Positions 62,483 through 64,000 of a stretch of 64,000 bases of DNA are shown piece by piece. This DNA is from Macrostomum hystrix (lineage: Eukaryota; Animalia; Platyhelminthes), in NCBI GenBank assembly GCA_950097015.1, contig CATNEN010000038.1, positions 25,978,001 to 26,042,000 of the forward strand, given 5' to 3'. Numbering within the stretch: the first letter of the stretch is position 1; each line of letters opens with the position of its first letter. The notes under the pieces are model-generated. The model was not told the DNA's origin. It saw only the letters and a program-made list of their open reading frames with translations, and made no database searches. The position numbers were made by a program, and so were the translations under genes.

Positions 62483-63244
62483 AACTGGTGAGAATGAGAG
62501 AAGCAAGCAAATGAATTTGTTATAATGCTGTTAAAACTTATGCAGACAGTTTTTAGTATATTTTAGTCCACAAACCTGTATTGCTACACTCGTATGCATC
62601 TTTATGTACGCGTTCAGAATATTTCAGATAACGCAAAGTATTTTTACTGTGCAACTGTTTAATCAGTTTAATCAGAATTAAACGAAGGTATAGATTTTGG
62701 AAATGGCTGAATTGTTTCACGTCTTTTTCAACAAAGCCTAGGTCCCGTTTCCTTGTAAATAAAAATGCAATATTTACATTACTTTGTACCGGGTTCATTC
62801 GCTTGCAAAGTTAATCTATAGTTAAAACAGATAGCTGACCTATTAATTATAATCTTCCCACCTATATGACTCGCACGTTTATTTAGTTTCCCAAATGAAA
62901 CTGCCTCATGTTGGGCCCATGCTAGCAATGTCAATTTTCAAATTATAGGCTTCCCAAACTGTCTGTGCGATCATCTGCAACTGTATTTGCGTTTCTGTGT
63001 AAACATTACCCCATTTGGGACTCTCAGTATGCAAATACAACTGTAATGTAAGCGGTATTAAAATGCTAAAAAACTCTACACTAGTTTATATTACATTACA
63101 ATAAACCTCAACTGTCATAAAGTATAGCTAAAAGTATAACCTACCTGATTTTTAACTGATTAGTAAACTACCTGATAAGTTTTTGCAGTCAGAATAAACT
63201 ACCAATACAGTCTCATAATTCTCCCGCTTAACTCTCTATACTTG

Positions 63245-63497
63245 TCGAGGCCACAATCATTTTGGGGCGCAGCCGCGGAGAGAAGGCTTGGGGGCTTGTC
63301 GTGCAATTTACGCCCTTCAGGGCCAACCTCCAAGTCATAGTGAGAGTGTACACTGCCTGACGATGAGAAAGTCAGGGCAGATGTACACACCTGTGTGCGT
63401 GTGTGCTCAGGAGTCAGCGAAACGAAAAGAATAACCTCCTAGCTGGCTGCGGGTCTAGTGTCACCAATTGATGCGCCATTGCGGTCATCCTCCAGGA
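63245..63497 (+). mobile_element. SINE family A copy (5'-truncated)
   Basis: Body and 3' tail match the family. Confidence 0.82.
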
Positions 63498-64000
63498 AAA
63501 ATTAATATACTAATTATTCTCTACTTGTCTCTCATGATTATCATGCATTGAAACTGAATCAAATTGTAGCTCGTACTCATGCACAAATCATCGATACCAA
63601 CTAGTTCTGCTGACTAATGCTTACGGATTAAAAAAACAGCGATGCCTCACACCCCTTACAATCCCGTTTTCGACAAAAAAAATTTGAAGATAGGCACGCA
63701 GCCCTAGCTGAATTCGCCTATTTGTTTAAACATAATCAGAACCAACAGCAATGGATGTGTGTTCGGGTCGGTGCCACGGACGCAAAAAGAGAAATTGTCG
63801 CAGCTATAGTCTGGAAGACAATTTTCGAACTCGGTTTTACCAGTTGCGGGGGAGACATTGGAAGGTATTTTCATTCGACCTGTGGAGACAGGGCACATAG
63901 GGTTTGGGGGGTTAGTAGGGAGAAAGATACAGACCAGTTGTTCCATGTATTTTCCCAATTTTCCCATTCCTAATCCTGGCCAGAGAACCACTCCATTTTC

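Noticed and set aside
63704-63991. Short ORFs at the right edge
   Set aside because: No recognisable motif and no match to the expected next otopetrin exon.

Overview
Eukaryotic, intron-containing animal DNA: GC-richer exons with GT-AG junctions sit in AT-rich introns packed with tRNA-headed SINEs and 16-36 bp minisatellites. The style suggests a free-living flatworm such as Macrostomum, but this is an unverified impression. Nine protein-coding genes were built by hand from splice sites and phase matching. (1) A kainate-like ionotropic glutamate receptor (-), running off the left edge. (2) A TMEM74/neurensin-like 2-TM protein. (3, 4) A head-to-head pair of paralogous, unannotated proteins made of ~37-aa repeats, with an RFX X-box midway between them. 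(5) A GT31 beta-1,3-glycosyltransferase. (6) A secreted LamG-fold protein. (7) An OATP/SLCO transporter with a defective Harbinger transposon in its last intron. (8) A MATCAP/KIAA0895 tubulin detyrosinase. (9) The 5' part of an otopetrin proton channel that the ORF track hides. Mobile DNA includes three SINE families, a hAT MITE with a perfect 8-bp TSD, two other inverted-repeat elements and a decayed LINE fragment. Most long ORFs in the track are artefacts of tandem repeats. The best novelty candidate is the X-box-linked divergent repeat-protein pair, a possible undescribed ciliary microtubule-binding family. Other leads are intronic minisatellites sharing a CTAACAG core, an RFX-like-site minisatellite in MATCAP, and a SINE-mediated ectopic copy of an iGluR splice junction 47.7 kb away.
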